Of a stretch of 64,000 nucleotides of DNA, positions 26,059 to 36,001 are shown piece after piece. The DNA is from Candidatus Levyibacteriota bacterium. GTDB lineage: Bacteria > Patescibacteriota > Microgenomatia > Levybacterales > UBA12049. The position numbers and the translations under genes were made by a program. Each line of letters opens with the position of its first letter. Position 1 is the first letter of the stretch. The DNA lies in NCBI GenBank assembly GCA_016186645.1, contig JACPLF010000010.1:10269-74268 (forward strand), given 5' to 3'. The notes beneath the pieces are model-generated. The model saw only the letters and a list, made by a program, of their open reading frames with translations. It searched no databases and had not been told where the DNA came from.

Positions 26059-27225
26059 ATGAATAAAAATAAATTATTAAGTTCTCTATTGGTTTTAGCA
26101 GCTTTTATAATTTCTACAGGTGCATCATACTTATTTTTTTCAGAGGTTTCTTTTCCTAAGAGCAGCAATATTTCCTCTCCCACGACTTCAACGATAGGAG
26201 GCATGTTGTTTGATGATGCTCTTCCAAAAACAGAGCCTTGTCCTCTAAATGGGGCTCTCTATTCAAAACAGCAAAAAGATTGGTGGGAAAAACATAGACC
26301 AATGGGGATAATGATAGAAAATCATCAGGAAGCACGTCCCCAGTCCGGACTATCTTCAGCAGATATAATATATGAAGCGGTCGCAGAAGGAGGAATAACG
26401 CGATTCTTAGCAATATATTATTGTAATGACGCTCAAACTGTGGGGCCAGTCAGAAGTGCCCGAACATATTTTCTTGATTTTATTTCAGAATATGGAGACA
26501 GCCCTTTGTATGTCCATGTTGGGGGAGCAAATCAAGACGGACCTGCAGATGCATTATCTCAAATTGAAGACTATGGTTGGGCAGGACTAAATGACTTGAA
26601 TCAGTTTTCAATTGGTTTTCCTACTTTCTGGAGAGACTACGATAGGCTAGGACATCCTGTTTCCACTGAGCATACCATGTATTCGGCAACAGAAAAACTA
26701 TTGCAGTTTGCTGCAGCCAAAAGAAAACTAACTAATGAGAATGAAGACGGAATTTCCTGGGATAAAGGTTTTATATCGTATAGTTTTAAAGAGGATGCTC
26801 CAGCAGCCCAAAGACCATCCGCACAGAATATTCATCTGGAGTTCTGGACAACAGACCCGGATTACGGGGTAGATTGGATATATGAGCCAACTGCTAATAT
26901 ATACAAAAGGAATAATGGAGGCAAAGCTCATACGGATCTTAATAATAAAAAACAATTAACAGCAAAAAATATTGTAGTTTTGTCTATGATAGAGAGTCGG
27001 GCAAACGATGGATATGAAGGCAATCTGCATTTATTGTATAGAACAAAAGGAGCAGGGAAAGCCAATATATTTATGGATGGTAAAGAAACTGTTGGCACTT
27101 GGAGAAAAGATACGAGAACTGCCAGGACTCTTCTTTTTGATAACGCGGGGCTTCCTATAAAATTTGATAAAGGAACTATCTGGTTTGAAATTCTGCCCAC
27201 AGATGGAATTTTGACAGTAAAGTGA
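26059..27225 (+). CDS. DUF3048 (YerB-like) domain lipoprotein/secreted protein
   Basis: PMGIMIENHQEARPQSGLSSADIIYEAVAEGGITRFLAIYY matches the DUF3048 N-terminal signature; signal peptide. Confidence 0.6.
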   Translation: MNKNKLLSSLLVLAAFIISTGASYLFFSEVSFPKSSNISSPTTSTIGGMLFDDALPKTEPCPLNGALYSKQQKDWWEKHRPMGIMIENHQEARPQSGLSSADIIYEAVAEGGITRFLAIYYCNDAQTVGPVRSARTYFLDFISEYGDSPLYVHVGGANQDGPADALSQIEDYGWAGLNDLNQFSIGFPTFWRDYDRLGHPVSTEHTMYSATEKLLQFAAAKRKLTNENEDGISWDKGFISYSFKEDAPAAQRPSAQNIHLEFWTTDPDYGVDWIYEPTANIYKRNNGGKAHTDLNNKKQLTAKNIVVLSMIESRANDGYEGNLHLLYRTKGAGKANIFMDGKETVGTWRKDTRTARTLLFDNAGLPIKFDKGTIWFEILPTDGILTVK

Positions 27226-27235
27226 TATAATCAGG

Positions 27236-27820
27236 GTGGAATTTATGTTAGCTGATTTAATTACTTCGCAATCTCGAATAAAGTTATTAAGCGTTCTGTT
27301 GTCACATCCTTCAGAAATGTATCACGTTAGGGAACTTGTCAGGAGAACGGGTGATGAAATTAATGCGGTAAGACGAGAGCTCTTATTTCTAGAAAAAAAA
27401 GGCATAGTAGTCAGAGAGCCCCGCGCAAATAGAGTATATTATTCACTATCTAAAAACTACGCTTTTTATTTTGATTTATTAAGAACAGGTGCTAAATTGG
27501 TAGGTTTAGGTGCAGCAATATTAAAAAATCGCGTTAAGATTGGCCGAATAAAATATGCAATGTTTTCTGGAAGATTTGCAAGAAGAATGGAAAAAAGACC
27601 AACAGATGTTGATTTCATAATTGTTGGAACGGTTGTTCTGCCGGAGCTGGCCATTCTTATAAGAGATGAAGAAAAAAGGCTGCAGAGGGAAATAAATTAT
27701 ACAGTAATGACTGAAGAGGAGTTTTCCTTCAGGAAGAAAAAAAGAGATCCATTTATCTTGTCTGTCCTCTCGGGATCTAGGGTTATGCTCTACGGGGATG
27801 AGGAAAGTATGCTCGCATGA
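27236..27820 (+). CDS. Winged-helix transcriptional regulator with C-terminal nucleotidyltransferase-like domain
   Basis: ArsR-like wHTH (SRIKLLSVLLSHPSEMYHVRELVRRTG...LEKKGIVVRE) plus a C-terminal domain. Confidence 0.5.
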   Translation: MEFMLADLITSQSRIKLLSVLLSHPSEMYHVRELVRRTGDEINAVRRELLFLEKKGIVVREPRANRVYYSLSKNYAFYFDLLRTGAKLVGLGAAILKNRVKIGRIKYAMFSGRFARRMEKRPTDVDFIIVGTVVLPELAILIRDEEKRLQREINYTVMTEEEFSFRKKKRDPFILSVLSGSRVMLYGDEESMLA

Positions 27821-29109
27821 AAAAAAGTCCGCGCCTCCTTCTTTGGTTTATTATTCTGTTAACAATTGCAGGAGCTGTAATTAATCTTCCATCAAAAGGC
27901 CCTTTCTCATTTACGAAATCTCTGTCTTTTAAGGAAGGACTTGACCTTGCGGGTGGAACCAGCCTTACCTTTAAAGCAGATATGAGCGATGTAAATAAAG
28001 CTCAAGAAAGTAAAGCGCTGGATGGAGTAAAGAATGTAATTGAAAGAAGGATAAATCTTTTCGGGGTGTCGGAGCCAGTTGTGCAGACTAGTATAAGCAA
28101 AAATGATTATCGTATTATTGTTGAATTGCCTGGCGTTGATATAAATCAAGCAAAGAGCATAATTGGGACTACTGCAGAGCTTTCCTTTTGGGAACAAGCA
28201 GCAAGTGATAGTGCAAAAATAGCAAGTTCTTCTGCGTATCCTCAGGGTGTCATAGAAATTTTGGGATCTGATGCTATAAAAACAAATCTTTCTGGACGGG
28301 ATTTGAAAGATACAAGTGTGGGATTTGATCCAAATAGCGGCAAGCCGCAAGTTCAATTGCAATTTACAAGTGAGGGTACAAAAAAATTTGCAGCCATTAC
28401 TCAAAGAAATGTAAATAAGATTGTGGCAATTGTTTTAGATAATCAAGTGATTGAGGCGCCGCGCGTAAATCAAGCTATATTGACAGGAGATGCTGTTATA
28501 AGCGGATCGTTCACAAGTGAATCAGCAAATGCTTTAAGCACTTCTCTGAATGCCGGTGCTTTGCCTGTACCCCTTATTCCTTTACAGCAGCATGGTGTGG
28601 ATGCGACTTTGGGAAGTGAATCTTTATTAAAAAGTCTTTTTGCAGGAGCATTGGGAATACTTATTATAATTATTTTCATGACTGTTCTGTATGGAAGATT
28701 GGGTATCGTAGCAAGTATAGCTCTGGTTCTTTATACTTTATTTGTATTGTCTATTTTCAAATTAAGCAGTATTGCTCCATACGGAATAACCCTTACTCTT
28801 TCAGGAATTGCCGGTTTTATTCTTTCAGTTGGAATGGCTGTTGATGCAAATATTTTGATTTTTGAAAGAATGAAGGAAGAAAGAAGATTGGGCAGATCAT
28901 GGAAAGAGTCATTGGAGCTGGGATTTTCCAGGGCTTGGACATCAATTCGGGATTCGAATATCTCAAGTCTTATAACGAGTTTTGTGTTGTACCAATTTGG
29001 AACTGGCACTGTTAAGGGATTTGCGCTTGTTTTAGCAATTGGAGTTTTGGTTTCTATGTTCTCGGCAATAATAGTAACCAGGACTTTTTTGAGACTAATA
29101 TACAGATGA
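27817..29109 (+). CDS. secD: Protein translocase subunit SecD
   Basis: LGLDLAGGTSLTFKAD motif, periplasmic domain, C-terminal 6-TM SecDF domain. Confidence 0.85.
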   Translation: MKKSPRLLLWFIILLTIAGAVINLPSKGPFSFTKSLSFKEGLDLAGGTSLTFKADMSDVNKAQESKALDGVKNVIERRINLFGVSEPVVQTSISKNDYRIIVELPGVDINQAKSIIGTTAELSFWEQAASDSAKIASSSAYPQGVIEILGSDAIKTNLSGRDLKDTSVGFDPNSGKPQVQLQFTSEGTKKFAAITQRNVNKIVAIVLDNQVIEAPRVNQAILTGDAVISGSFTSESANALSTSLNAGALPVPLIPLQQHGVDATLGSESLLKSLFAGALGILIIIIFMTVLYGRLGIVASIALVLYTLFVLSIFKLSSIAPYGITLTLSGIAGFILSVGMAVDANILIFERMKEERRLGRSWKESLELGFSRAWTSIRDSNISSLITSFVLYQFGTGTVKGFALVLAIGVLVSMFSAIIVTRTFLRLIYR

Positions 29110-29157
29110 TATTTTGAAGTGGGATGGTCGGATGTTTTTGACCTTGAGTTTTTGAAT

Positions 29158-29171
29158 TCTTGATATCAAGA
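29158..29171. repeat. Perfect 14-bp palindrome TCTTGATATCAAGA in the secD-secF intergenic region, embedded in degenerate 8-mer repeats
   Basis: Read directly; flanked by gatatcaagatatcaaagattcaaaatcaaagg. Confidence 0.7.
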
Positions 29172-29230
29172 TATCAAAGATTCAAAATCAAAGGCGTCAA
29201 GAATATCTAATAACATCAAAAGTTCTAATT

Positions 29231-30127
29231 ATGAACATTATTGGTCGTAAAAATTGGTATTTTGGTTTATCATTGCTGGTTTTGATTCCTGGAATTATCG
29301 CGATATTTTTGTGGGGATTAAATCTTTCTATTGATTTTACTGGGGGTTCTAGATTAACACTAGCTTTTGACAATAGGGTTTCTGAAAAACAGGTGGAAAC
29401 GGTTAACATCATTTTGAAAAAAGAGAATATTAAAGCTGCCAATATAGAAAAAGCTGATAAGTTAATTTTTGTTAGAACTGCTCCAATTGACTCAACGCAA
29501 AACAATAAACTTATAAATGAATTGTCCAGAGAATTTAGAGACGTTAGGCAGCAGGAATTTGAAACAATTGGTCCTGTGATCGGACAGGAGACAACATTAA
29601 ATGCCTTAAAAGCTGTTGGAATTGCATCAATTCTTATTATTCTTTATATCACTTGGTCTTTTAGAGGCGTTCCCAAACCCGCAAGCAGTTTCAGATTTGG
29701 AATCTGTGCAATTATTGCGCTCATCCATGATGTTTTGGTGGTTGTTGGAGTTTTTGCAATATTGGGACATTTTTTTGGAGTTGAAGTGGACTCCCTTTTT
29801 GTTACTGCCATTTTAACTGTCATTGGCTTCTCAGTTCACGATACTATTGTTGTTTTTGATAGAATCAGAGAAAATCTTAGAAAAATGGGAGGAGCTGATT
29901 TTTCCAAAACTGTTAATGAATCAATAATTCAAACCATAGGCAGGTCTTTAAATACTTCACTAACAGTCATCTTGGTATTAATTGCATTGCTATTGTTTGG
30001 CGGAGAGAGTATCAGATGGTTTGTCGTAGCGCTTCTTATTGGAATTATCAGCGGAACCTATTCTTCTATATTTAACGCAAGCCCTCTTTTGGTTTTGTGG
30101 CAGGAGATAAGCCAGAGGAAGAAATAA
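29231..30127 (+). CDS. secF: Protein translocase subunit SecF
   Basis: NLSIDFTGGSRLTLAFD; 6-TM SecDF C-domain. Confidence 0.85.
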   Translation: MNIIGRKNWYFGLSLLVLIPGIIAIFLWGLNLSIDFTGGSRLTLAFDNRVSEKQVETVNIILKKENIKAANIEKADKLIFVRTAPIDSTQNNKLINELSREFRDVRQQEFETIGPVIGQETTLNALKAVGIASILIILYITWSFRGVPKPASSFRFGICAIIALIHDVLVVVGVFAILGHFFGVEVDSLFVTAILTVIGFSVHDTIVVFDRIRENLRKMGGADFSKTVNESIIQTIGRSLNTSLTVILVLIALLLFGGESIRWFVVALLIGIISGTYSSIFNASPLLVLWQEISQRKK

Positions 30128-30580
30128 TTAAGAATTAAGGGATTCCTTTACGATTTTGCTGACTATTCCTCCGTCGGCTTTGCCTTTTACTTTTGGCATT
30201 AATGATCCCATGACTTTTCCCATTTCAGCAACTGTTGTTGCGCCCATTTCGCGGATTGTTTCCTTGACGATTTCGCGGATTTGGTCTTCGCTCATTTGTT
30301 GCGGAAGATAGACTTTCAACATTTCGAGTTCTTTACTTTCTTTTTCTGCTAATTCAGAACGGTTTGCTTTCTTGAATTCTTCAATAGAATCCCTTCTTTG
30401 TTTTGCTTCTTTTTGAATTACAGATAAAACATCTTCATCTGTTGCTTCATATCCTGCTCCGCCCTTCTGGATTTCATAATAGTTAATTGCGGAAAGAAGC
30501 AGTCTAAGAACAGAAGTTTTTAAAACATCTCTTGAGAGCATTGCTTGTTTCAATTCTTCTTGTAATTTTTTCTTAAGCAT
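30128..30580 (-). CDS. GatB/YqeY domain-containing protein
   Basis: [33 protein letters not shown]; 150 aa. Confidence 0.75.
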   Translation of the reverse strand: MLKKKLQEELKQAMLSRDVLKTSVLRLLLSAINYYEIQKGGAGYEATDEDVLSVIQKEAKQRRDSIEEFKKANRSELAEKESKELEMLKVYLPQQMSEDQIREIVKETIREMGATTVAEMGKVMGSLMPKVKGKADGGIVSKIVKESLNS

Positions 30581-31754
30581 ATTTTTGCAGCTCTTTTATT
30601 CTATCAGTTTTTTCCCAAGGAAGGTTTAAATCCAATCTTCCAAAATGTCCGTATGCTGCAACTTGCCTATAAAGCGGAGCCCGCAGTCCCAAATGTTTTA
30701 TTATCATTCCCGGTCTCAAATCAAATACTTTTATAACTGTCTCACTTAATTTTTCATCGTCAATTTTTCCTGTTCCAAAAGCATCTACCAAAACAGACAT
30801 TGGCGCCGGTCTTCCAATAGCATAGGATATTTGCACTTCGCATTTTTTGGCAAGTCCCGCTGCAACAATATTTTTTGCAATATAGCGCGCCATATACTGA
30901 GCGGATCTATCTACTTTGGTTGGATCTTTTCCGGAAAAAGCTCCGCCTCCGTGACGCGAATATCCGCCATAAGTATCAACAATTATTTTTCTTCCTGTTA
31001 ATCCCGTGTCTGCCTGCGGCCCTCCGATAACAAATCTTCCGGTCGTATTAACATGATATTTTGTTTTGCTGTCCACTAATTTTTTAGGTAAAACTTTTAG
31101 AATTACTTTATTAATAATCTCACGTTTTAGTTTGTCTTGATTGATATGTTCATCGTGTTGTGCGGCAATCAAAACCTGGTCAATTCTCAAAGGTCTGCCG
31201 TCTTTATATTCAACTGTAATTTGAGATTTTCCATCAGGTCTTAAGCCTTTAATTATTTTTTTCTTTCGGACAAGGGAGAGTCTTTGACACAATTTATGAG
31301 CAAGCACTATTGGCAAAGGCATTAATTCCGCAGTTTCATCAATTGCAAATCCAAACATCAGTCCTTGATCTCCAGCCCCCAATTTTTCCAAATCTTCTTG
31401 GACAATCTTTCCGCCTTTTTCTTCTTTGTAGCTATCAACGCCTTTTGCAATATCTGAGGATTGTCCGTGAATCGCAATTGTAACTCCGCTTGTTTCGAAG
31501 TGAAATCCGTAGCGTGCATCTGTGTAGCCGATATCTTTAATTACCTGCCTCACAATTTCCGGAATCTCAACATAAATATTTGTTGTAATCTCTCCGGCCA
31601 CAAAAATAACACCATTTGTTATTAACGCTTCTACAGCAACTCGGGCTTTGGGGTCCTGCCTTAGAATTTCGTCCAAAATTGCGTCTGCAATTTGATCGCA
31701 CATTTTATCAGGGTGTCCTTCTGTCACAGATTCCGAAGTAAAATATCTTCTCAT
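30573..31754 (-). CDS. metK: S-adenosylmethionine synthetase
   Basis: [50 protein letters not shown]. Confidence 0.9.
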   Translation of the reverse strand: MRRYFTSESVTEGHPDKMCDQIADAILDEILRQDPKARVAVEALITNGVIFVAGEITTNIYVEIPEIVRQVIKDIGYTDARYGFHFETSGVTIAIHGQSSDIAKGVDSYKEEKGGKIVQEDLEKLGAGDQGLMFGFAIDETAELMPLPIVLAHKLCQRLSLVRKKKIIKGLRPDGKSQITVEYKDGRPLRIDQVLIAAQHDEHINQDKLKREIINKVILKVLPKKLVDSKTKYHVNTTGRFVIGGPQADTGLTGRKIIVDTYGGYSRHGGGAFSGKDPTKVDRSAQYMARYIAKNIVAAGLAKKCEVQISYAIGRPAPMSVLVDAFGTGKIDDEKLSETVIKVFDLRPGMIIKHLGLRAPLYRQVAAYGHFGRLDLNLPWEKTDRIKELQKYA

Positions 31755-31819
31755 TATTAAGTTTTGAGTATAGGGTATTACAATTAGTTAATCAAGCATT
31801 TTTATTTGCAATAAAGTTT

Positions 31820-31836
31820 CGTTGTCTAGACAACGG
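31820..31836. promoter_or_regulatory. Palindromic site CGTTGTCTAGACAACGG (core GTTGTCTAGACAAC), copy 1, between the metK start and the TrpR-like gene stop
   Basis: Perfect 14-bp palindrome; second copy at 32273-32290, 8 nt upstream of the TrpR-like ATG. Confidence 0.6.
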
Positions 31837-31855
31837 AACAATTCTTTAACTTTAA

Positions 31856-32266
31856 TTAACGATCTACATCTTTTCTTTTAAAACCGGTATACTCCTTCTT
31901 TTTAAAAACAAGCTTTGGTCCGCCAATAAGTCGATATTTTTTTCTAGCGTACTCATTTTCTACTTTTTTCCTCCTTTTGTTAATTAAATCTAAAAAAAGA
32001 AAATTTTCATCCAGCTTTTTTGCTACAGACATGATTGTATTTTTTCCCACTTTTAGGGTTTTTGCTATCTCATCAATTCCCATCCCCTCCCTTATGTATT
32101 CGGCGACAAGAATTCTTCTTCCTATTTTTAGCTTTTCGTCATGAGTCAGTAAGCCTTTTATTATTTTCTCAACTTCATCTCCATTTTTTGCCGCAAGAAA
32201 AGCATCCCTTAATCGATTGAAAGCATCATATATATCATCTTTTGTCAAAAATTTATATCTTCTCAT
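31856..32266 (-). CDS. TrpR/YerC/YecD-family HTH DNA-binding protein with basic C-terminal tail (paralog of 17169..17642)
   Basis: LLTHDEKLKIGRRILVAEYIREGMGIDEIAKTLKVGKNTIMSV; C-terminal KRRKKVENEYARKKYRL... Confidence 0.55.
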   Translation of the reverse strand: MRRYKFLTKDDIYDAFNRLRDAFLAAKNGDEVEKIIKGLLTHDEKLKIGRRILVAEYIREGMGIDEIAKTLKVGKNTIMSVAKKLDENFLFLDLINKRRKKVENEYARKKYRLIGGPKLVFKKKEYTGFKRKDVDR

Positions 32267-32272
32267 TTAAAT

Positions 32273-32290
32273 CCGTTGTCTAGACAACGA
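32273..32290. promoter_or_regulatory. Palindromic site CCGTTGTCTAGACAACGA, copy 2, in the TrpR-like gene promoter
   Basis: Same 14-bp core palindrome as 31821-31834. Confidence 0.6.
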
Positions 32291-32374
32291 GACAAAACAC
32301 GCGCAGAAATATTTTATATGTTAGATAAAATTTATGCAAATATTAAGAAGAATAAGAAGAAATAGGAAATTTAT

Positions 32375-32794
32375 TTAGGGACTGGAGGCTAATTGTCTAG
32401 TTGGTATTAGGGATTTTAAAATTTTTAAAAGCAGAACATAATTACTAGCTTCTTCTAGAGTCATTTCTCGTTCAGGGTCTGAGCTTATGCCTGTATTAAC
32501 TTTTTCTTTTGGTCGTACAAACGCGTTAGGATACGTTTTCAGCGGGTCTCCCGGTCCTAGACGGAATAAAGCTTCATGAGGCCAATCCCGAACATTTATT
32601 ATAAATGTTTCTACCTTATCAGAAGGATAAACTCTTATGTGAACTTTTCTTGGTTGACCTTGATTTTGGACAGGAATTTCGTATTCAAATGTAGTAGCCT
32701 CCTTAAGTTGATGGGAATTAGTTAATCCTGCAATTGCACCAAAGAGAAATGCAATTATTGGTCTGCTTTCTCTAGGTTTAAGCGCTTCTACCAT
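32375..32794 (-). CDS. Hypothetical protein
   Basis: ORF 32375..32884 trimmed to the internal Met (MVEALKPRESRP) to avoid 65-nt overlap with the cca 3' end. No motif recognised. Confidence 0.35.
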   Translation of the reverse strand: MVEALKPRESRPIIAFLFGAIAGLTNSHQLKEATTFEYEIPVQNQGQPRKVHIRVYPSDKVETFIINVRDWPHEALFRLGPGDPLKTYPNAFVRPKEKVNTGISSDPEREMTLEEASNYVLLLKILKSLIPTRQLASSP

Positions 32795-32819
32795 GAATGT
32801 ATTGTATTGTAATAATAAT

Positions 32820-34277
32820 CTATTTGTCAACAGTCCGGATTCGTTTAATGAGATATTCTTTAGTATTTTTAGATAAATCTTCATCGACTTCGAGAAAAAG
32901 TTTATTCAAGATTTCGCCGATTTTTGGTCCCGGTTTAATACTTAATTCTTTTATGATGTCATTTCCGTCAATGGCTAAATCATTAATAGAAAAAGGTAAT
33001 GGTTTTAATTGCTCCTCAATTCTTTTTTTAAATAATTTCAGTCTCCAGCTTTCTGCAGTTTGGGTTCCGCCGCCAAGTCTGTCCCCGATTCTTATATCCA
33101 TCATGTCTTTTACATTCTCAACGCCAATTCTTCTTATAAATCTTCTTATTCCGGCATCTGATAATTTCTCGTCCACCGTAAACATGTGCCAGCGAATTAA
33201 ATTCACAATCTTATTGCGTTCTTTTTTTGAAAATTTGAGACGATCGCAAATCTCTCTTGCTATATTTGTTCCGGCAACTTCATGATTGTAAAAAATTACG
33301 AGTCCTTCTTCATCCTTACTCATCACTTTGGGTTTTCCTACGTCATGCAGAAGCGCTGCAAGTTTTATAATAGGATCAAGGGACGGACAAAATTTCATAG
33401 ACAATACGTTGTGAGTAAATACATCATCCGTGTGATGGCGGCCGGGCCTTTTTTGGGAAACTCCAACTCCTTCCATTAATTCTGGAAGAATATAATTTAA
33501 AAGATCAGATTTTTGTAAGAGCAAGACCCCTTCATAAGCTTTGTCACTTGCTAAAATTCTCAAAAGTTCAACACGAATTCTTTCTCCCGAAACTTTTTTA
33601 ATAAGTTGGGCATCAGCGATTACTTCTCTCCAAGTTTTTTCCTCAATAGCGAAAGAAAGTTCAGTCGCAATTCTGACAGCTCGCAAAAGTCTAAGCGCAT
33701 CTTCCTTGAATCGTGCTTTTGGGTTTCCAACAGCCCGAATAATTTTATTTTTGATATCTTTTTGCCCGTCATATGGATCAACAAGATTAGTTGAGAGTTG
33801 AGAGTTGAAAGTTGAGAGTTTCATAGCGATGGCGTTGATGGTGAAGTCGCGGCGGGCAAGATCTTCCTCGATAGATTTTCCCCATGATACTTTTTCAGGA
33901 TGTCTACTGTCGAAAAAACCCTGCTCGGTACGAAAAGTAGTTATTTCAACGATTATTTTTTGTGTCATCCTGGCTTGTCCAGGATCAGATTCTGGAGTCG
34001 TTGCTTCGCTCCTCCCCAGAATGACGGGGATGCCCACAGTGCCAAATTTATTATCGTAAAATCCCTCTTTGAAGATTTTAAGAAGATTTTGCGGGGCTGC
34101 ATTTGTGGTCATGTCCCAGTCTTTTACAGGTCTTTTTAAGAGAAGATTCCTAACACATCCTCCGACCAAATATACTTGGAAATTAGCCTTTTCTACTTTT
34201 TTATAAATGTCTAGAATTTGCTGTGGAATAAGTTTTACCATACTGGTATAGTATAGCAATGAAATATCAAATCTCAA
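32820..34277 (-). CDS. cca: CCA-adding tRNA nucleotidyltransferase (class II) with HD domain
   Basis: LVGGCVRNLLLKRPVKDWDMTT (PolA head); HD domain HHTDDVFTHNV...LLHDVGKP. Confidence 0.85.
   Translation of the reverse strand: MRFDISLLYYTSMVKLIPQQILDIYKKVEKANFQVYLVGGCVRNLLLKRPVKDWDMTTNAAPQNLLKIFKEGFYDNKFGTVGIPVILGRSEATTPESDPGQARMTQKIIVEITTFRTEQGFFDSRHPEKVSWGKSIEEDLARRDFTINAIAMKLSTFNSQLSTNLVDPYDGQKDIKNKIIRAVGNPKARFKEDALRLLRAVRIATELSFAIEEKTWREVIADAQLIKKVSGERIRVELLRILASDKAYEGVLLLQKSDLLNYILPELMEGVGVSQKRPGRHHTDDVFTHNVLSMKFCPSLDPIIKLAALLHDVGKPKVMSKDEEGLVIFYNHEVAGTNIAREICDRLKFSKKERNKIVNLIRWHMFTVDEKLSDAGIRRFIRRIGVENVKDMMDIRIGDRLGGGTQTAESWRLKLFKKRIEEQLKPLPFSINDLAIDGNDIIKELSIKPGPKIGEILNKLFLEVDEDLSKNTKEYLIKRIRTVDK
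33790..33820. repeat. Heptamer tandem repeat (GTTGAGA/GTTGAAA)x4 inside cca (encodes LSTFNSQLSTN linker on the minus strand)
   Basis: gttgagagttgagagttgaaagttgagagtt, read directly. Confidence 0.85.
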
Positions 34278-36001
34278 ATCTCAAATCTCAAATCTCAAAT
34301 CCAAAAGACCTCATTAAAATTCTGCTTGCAAATCGGGGAATAAAAACCAAGAAAGAGATTGAAGATTTTCTGAATCCAAAACTTGTAAAAGTTACTGCTA
34401 AAAGCGTTGGGATAGATACTCAACAACTGAAAAAAACAGTCGCTAGAATTAAAAAAGCGATAAAAAATAAAGAACAAATTGTAGTTTTTGGAGATTATGA
34501 TGTTGATGGTATTTGCGGCACAGCAATTCTTTGGGAGACCCTTCGGCTCGCTTCGCTTGCTCAGGGCAAGCCCTACGAAAATGTTTTTCCATACATTCCT
34601 CATCGAATTGACGAAGGCTACGGTTTGTCAATAAAAGGCATTCAAAATGTTCAGGATAAATACAAGAATGTAAAATTAATCATAACGGTTGACAATGGGA
34701 TTGTTGCAAATAAAGCAGTTGATTTTGCAAACAAAAATGATATTGATGTAATAATCACTGATCATCATGTACCATCCAAAATTAAACCTAAAGCATTATC
34801 AATAGTTCACACGACAAAATTATGCGGAACCGGAGTGGCTTGGATACTTTCAGATGAGATGCTGAACTCCTCCAAGAGGACTTTCCTCAGCGGAGGTGGC
34901 GCAGTTCAGCATGACAATATGCATAAAAACCATTTAGAATTGGTAGCGCTTGCGACTGTTGCAGATTTGGTTTCCCTAAAAGGAGCAAATAGAACACTTC
35001 TTAAGTTTGGTTTGGAAGGACTTCGAAAAACAAAAAGAATTGGACTTCTGGAATTATTTAAAGAAGCCGGGTTAAGAAAAGAATCTGCTGGAGTTTATGA
35101 AATAGGCCATATAATTGCGCCTAGGCTAAATGCAATGGGAAGACTTGAGTATGCGATGGATAGTCTGAGATTGATATGCACGAATAATCAAAAAAGAGCA
35201 GAAGAACTAGCGCGATTGCTAGGAAGTACGAATAAAGAAAGACAGGATCTAACGCTGCAATCAGTTTTACATGCCAAATCTGCAATTCAGAATTCAAAAT
35301 CTAGAATTCAGAATTTGATTTTTATTTCGCATGAGTCATATCAGCCAGGCGTAATTGGATTAATTGCGGGGAAAATGGTTGAAGAATTTTATCGTCCTGC
35401 AATAGTTGTTTCAATCGGGGAAAAATTTAGCAAGGCATCGGCAAGATCAGTTCACGGATTTAATATTATAGAATTTATCCGCGGTGCATCAGAATTATTA
35501 ATTGATGCAGGAGGACATCCAATGGCAGCTGGGTTTACTGTTGAAACAGCGAAACTTCTGAAACTCCAAAAAGCGCTGGAAGATAAGGCAGAATTAGCGC
35601 TTAGTAAAGATTTGTTAACCCGCAGTCTTAGGATTGATTGCGAGTTGCCTTTGTCGGCTATTAATATAAATTTATATGAATCATTGCAAGCGCTTTACCC
35701 GTTTGGGATGGGTAATCCAGAGCCCACTTTTATAAGTAAAGGCGTTGTGGTTGAAGATATAAGATTGGTTGGAGCAGAAAATAAACATCTAAAGTTTAGA
35801 TTTAAGATTCAAGATTTAAGATTTATGATTGATGGAATTGGATTTGGGATGGGAGAAATGTCCGCAAAAATACACATTGGCGACAAAGTAGATATCGTTT
35901 ATACGATTGATGAAAATGAGTGGCCTGCCCCTCGGAGCCTTGGCGAAGTGGGGAATGGAGAAAAAAGACTGCAATTGAAGATTAAAGATCTAACGAGCTA
36001 A
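34259..36001 (+). CDS. recJ: Single-stranded-DNA-specific exonuclease RecJ
   Basis: DHH motifs (VVFGDYDVDGICGTAIL; ITDHH), DHHA1 region, C-terminal OB-like. N-terminal extension MKYQISNLKSQISNPKD encoded by a heptamer repeat. Confidence 0.85.
   Translation: MKYQISNLKSQISNPKDLIKILLANRGIKTKKEIEDFLNPKLVKVTAKSVGIDTQQLKKTVARIKKAIKNKEQIVVFGDYDVDGICGTAILWETLRLASLAQGKPYENVFPYIPHRIDEGYGLSIKGIQNVQDKYKNVKLIITVDNGIVANKAVDFANKNDIDVIITDHHVPSKIKPKALSIVHTTKLCGTGVAWILSDEMLNSSKRTFLSGGGAVQHDNMHKNHLELVALATVADLVSLKGANRTLLKFGLEGLRKTKRIGLLELFKEAGLRKESAGVYEIGHIIAPRLNAMGRLEYAMDSLRLICTNNQKRAEELARLLGSTNKERQDLTLQSVLHAKSAIQNSKSRIQNLIFISHESYQPGVIGLIAGKMVEEFYRPAIVVSIGEKFSKASARSVHGFNIIEFIRGASELLIDAGGHPMAAGFTVETAKLLKLQKALEDKAELALSKDLLTRSLRIDCELPLSAININLYESLQALYPFGMGNPEPTFISKGVVVEDIRLVGAENKHLKFRFKIQDLRFMIDGIGFGMGEMSAKIHIGDKVDIVYTIDENEWPAPRSLGEVGNGEKRLQLKIKDLTS
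34269..34303. repeat. Heptamer tandem repeat (AAATCTC)x5 at the 5' end of recJ
   Basis: aaatctcaaatctcaaatctcaaatctcaaatcca, read directly. Confidence 0.85.
35288..35315. repeat. Degenerate heptamer repeat (CAGAATT/CAAAATC/TAGAATT/CAGAATT) inside recJ
   Basis: Read directly; encodes IQNSKSRIQN. Confidence 0.7.
35798..35825. repeat. Heptamer tandem repeat (AGATTTA/AGATTCA)x4 inside recJ
   Basis: agatttaagattcaagatttaagattta, read directly; encodes FRFKIQDLRF. Confidence 0.8.

Noticed and set aside
32797-34139. Several 60-160 aa + strand ORFs (32797..33285, 33541..33801, 33805..34059, 33900..34139)
   Set aside because: All lie antisense within the well-supported cca gene, with low-complexity translations.
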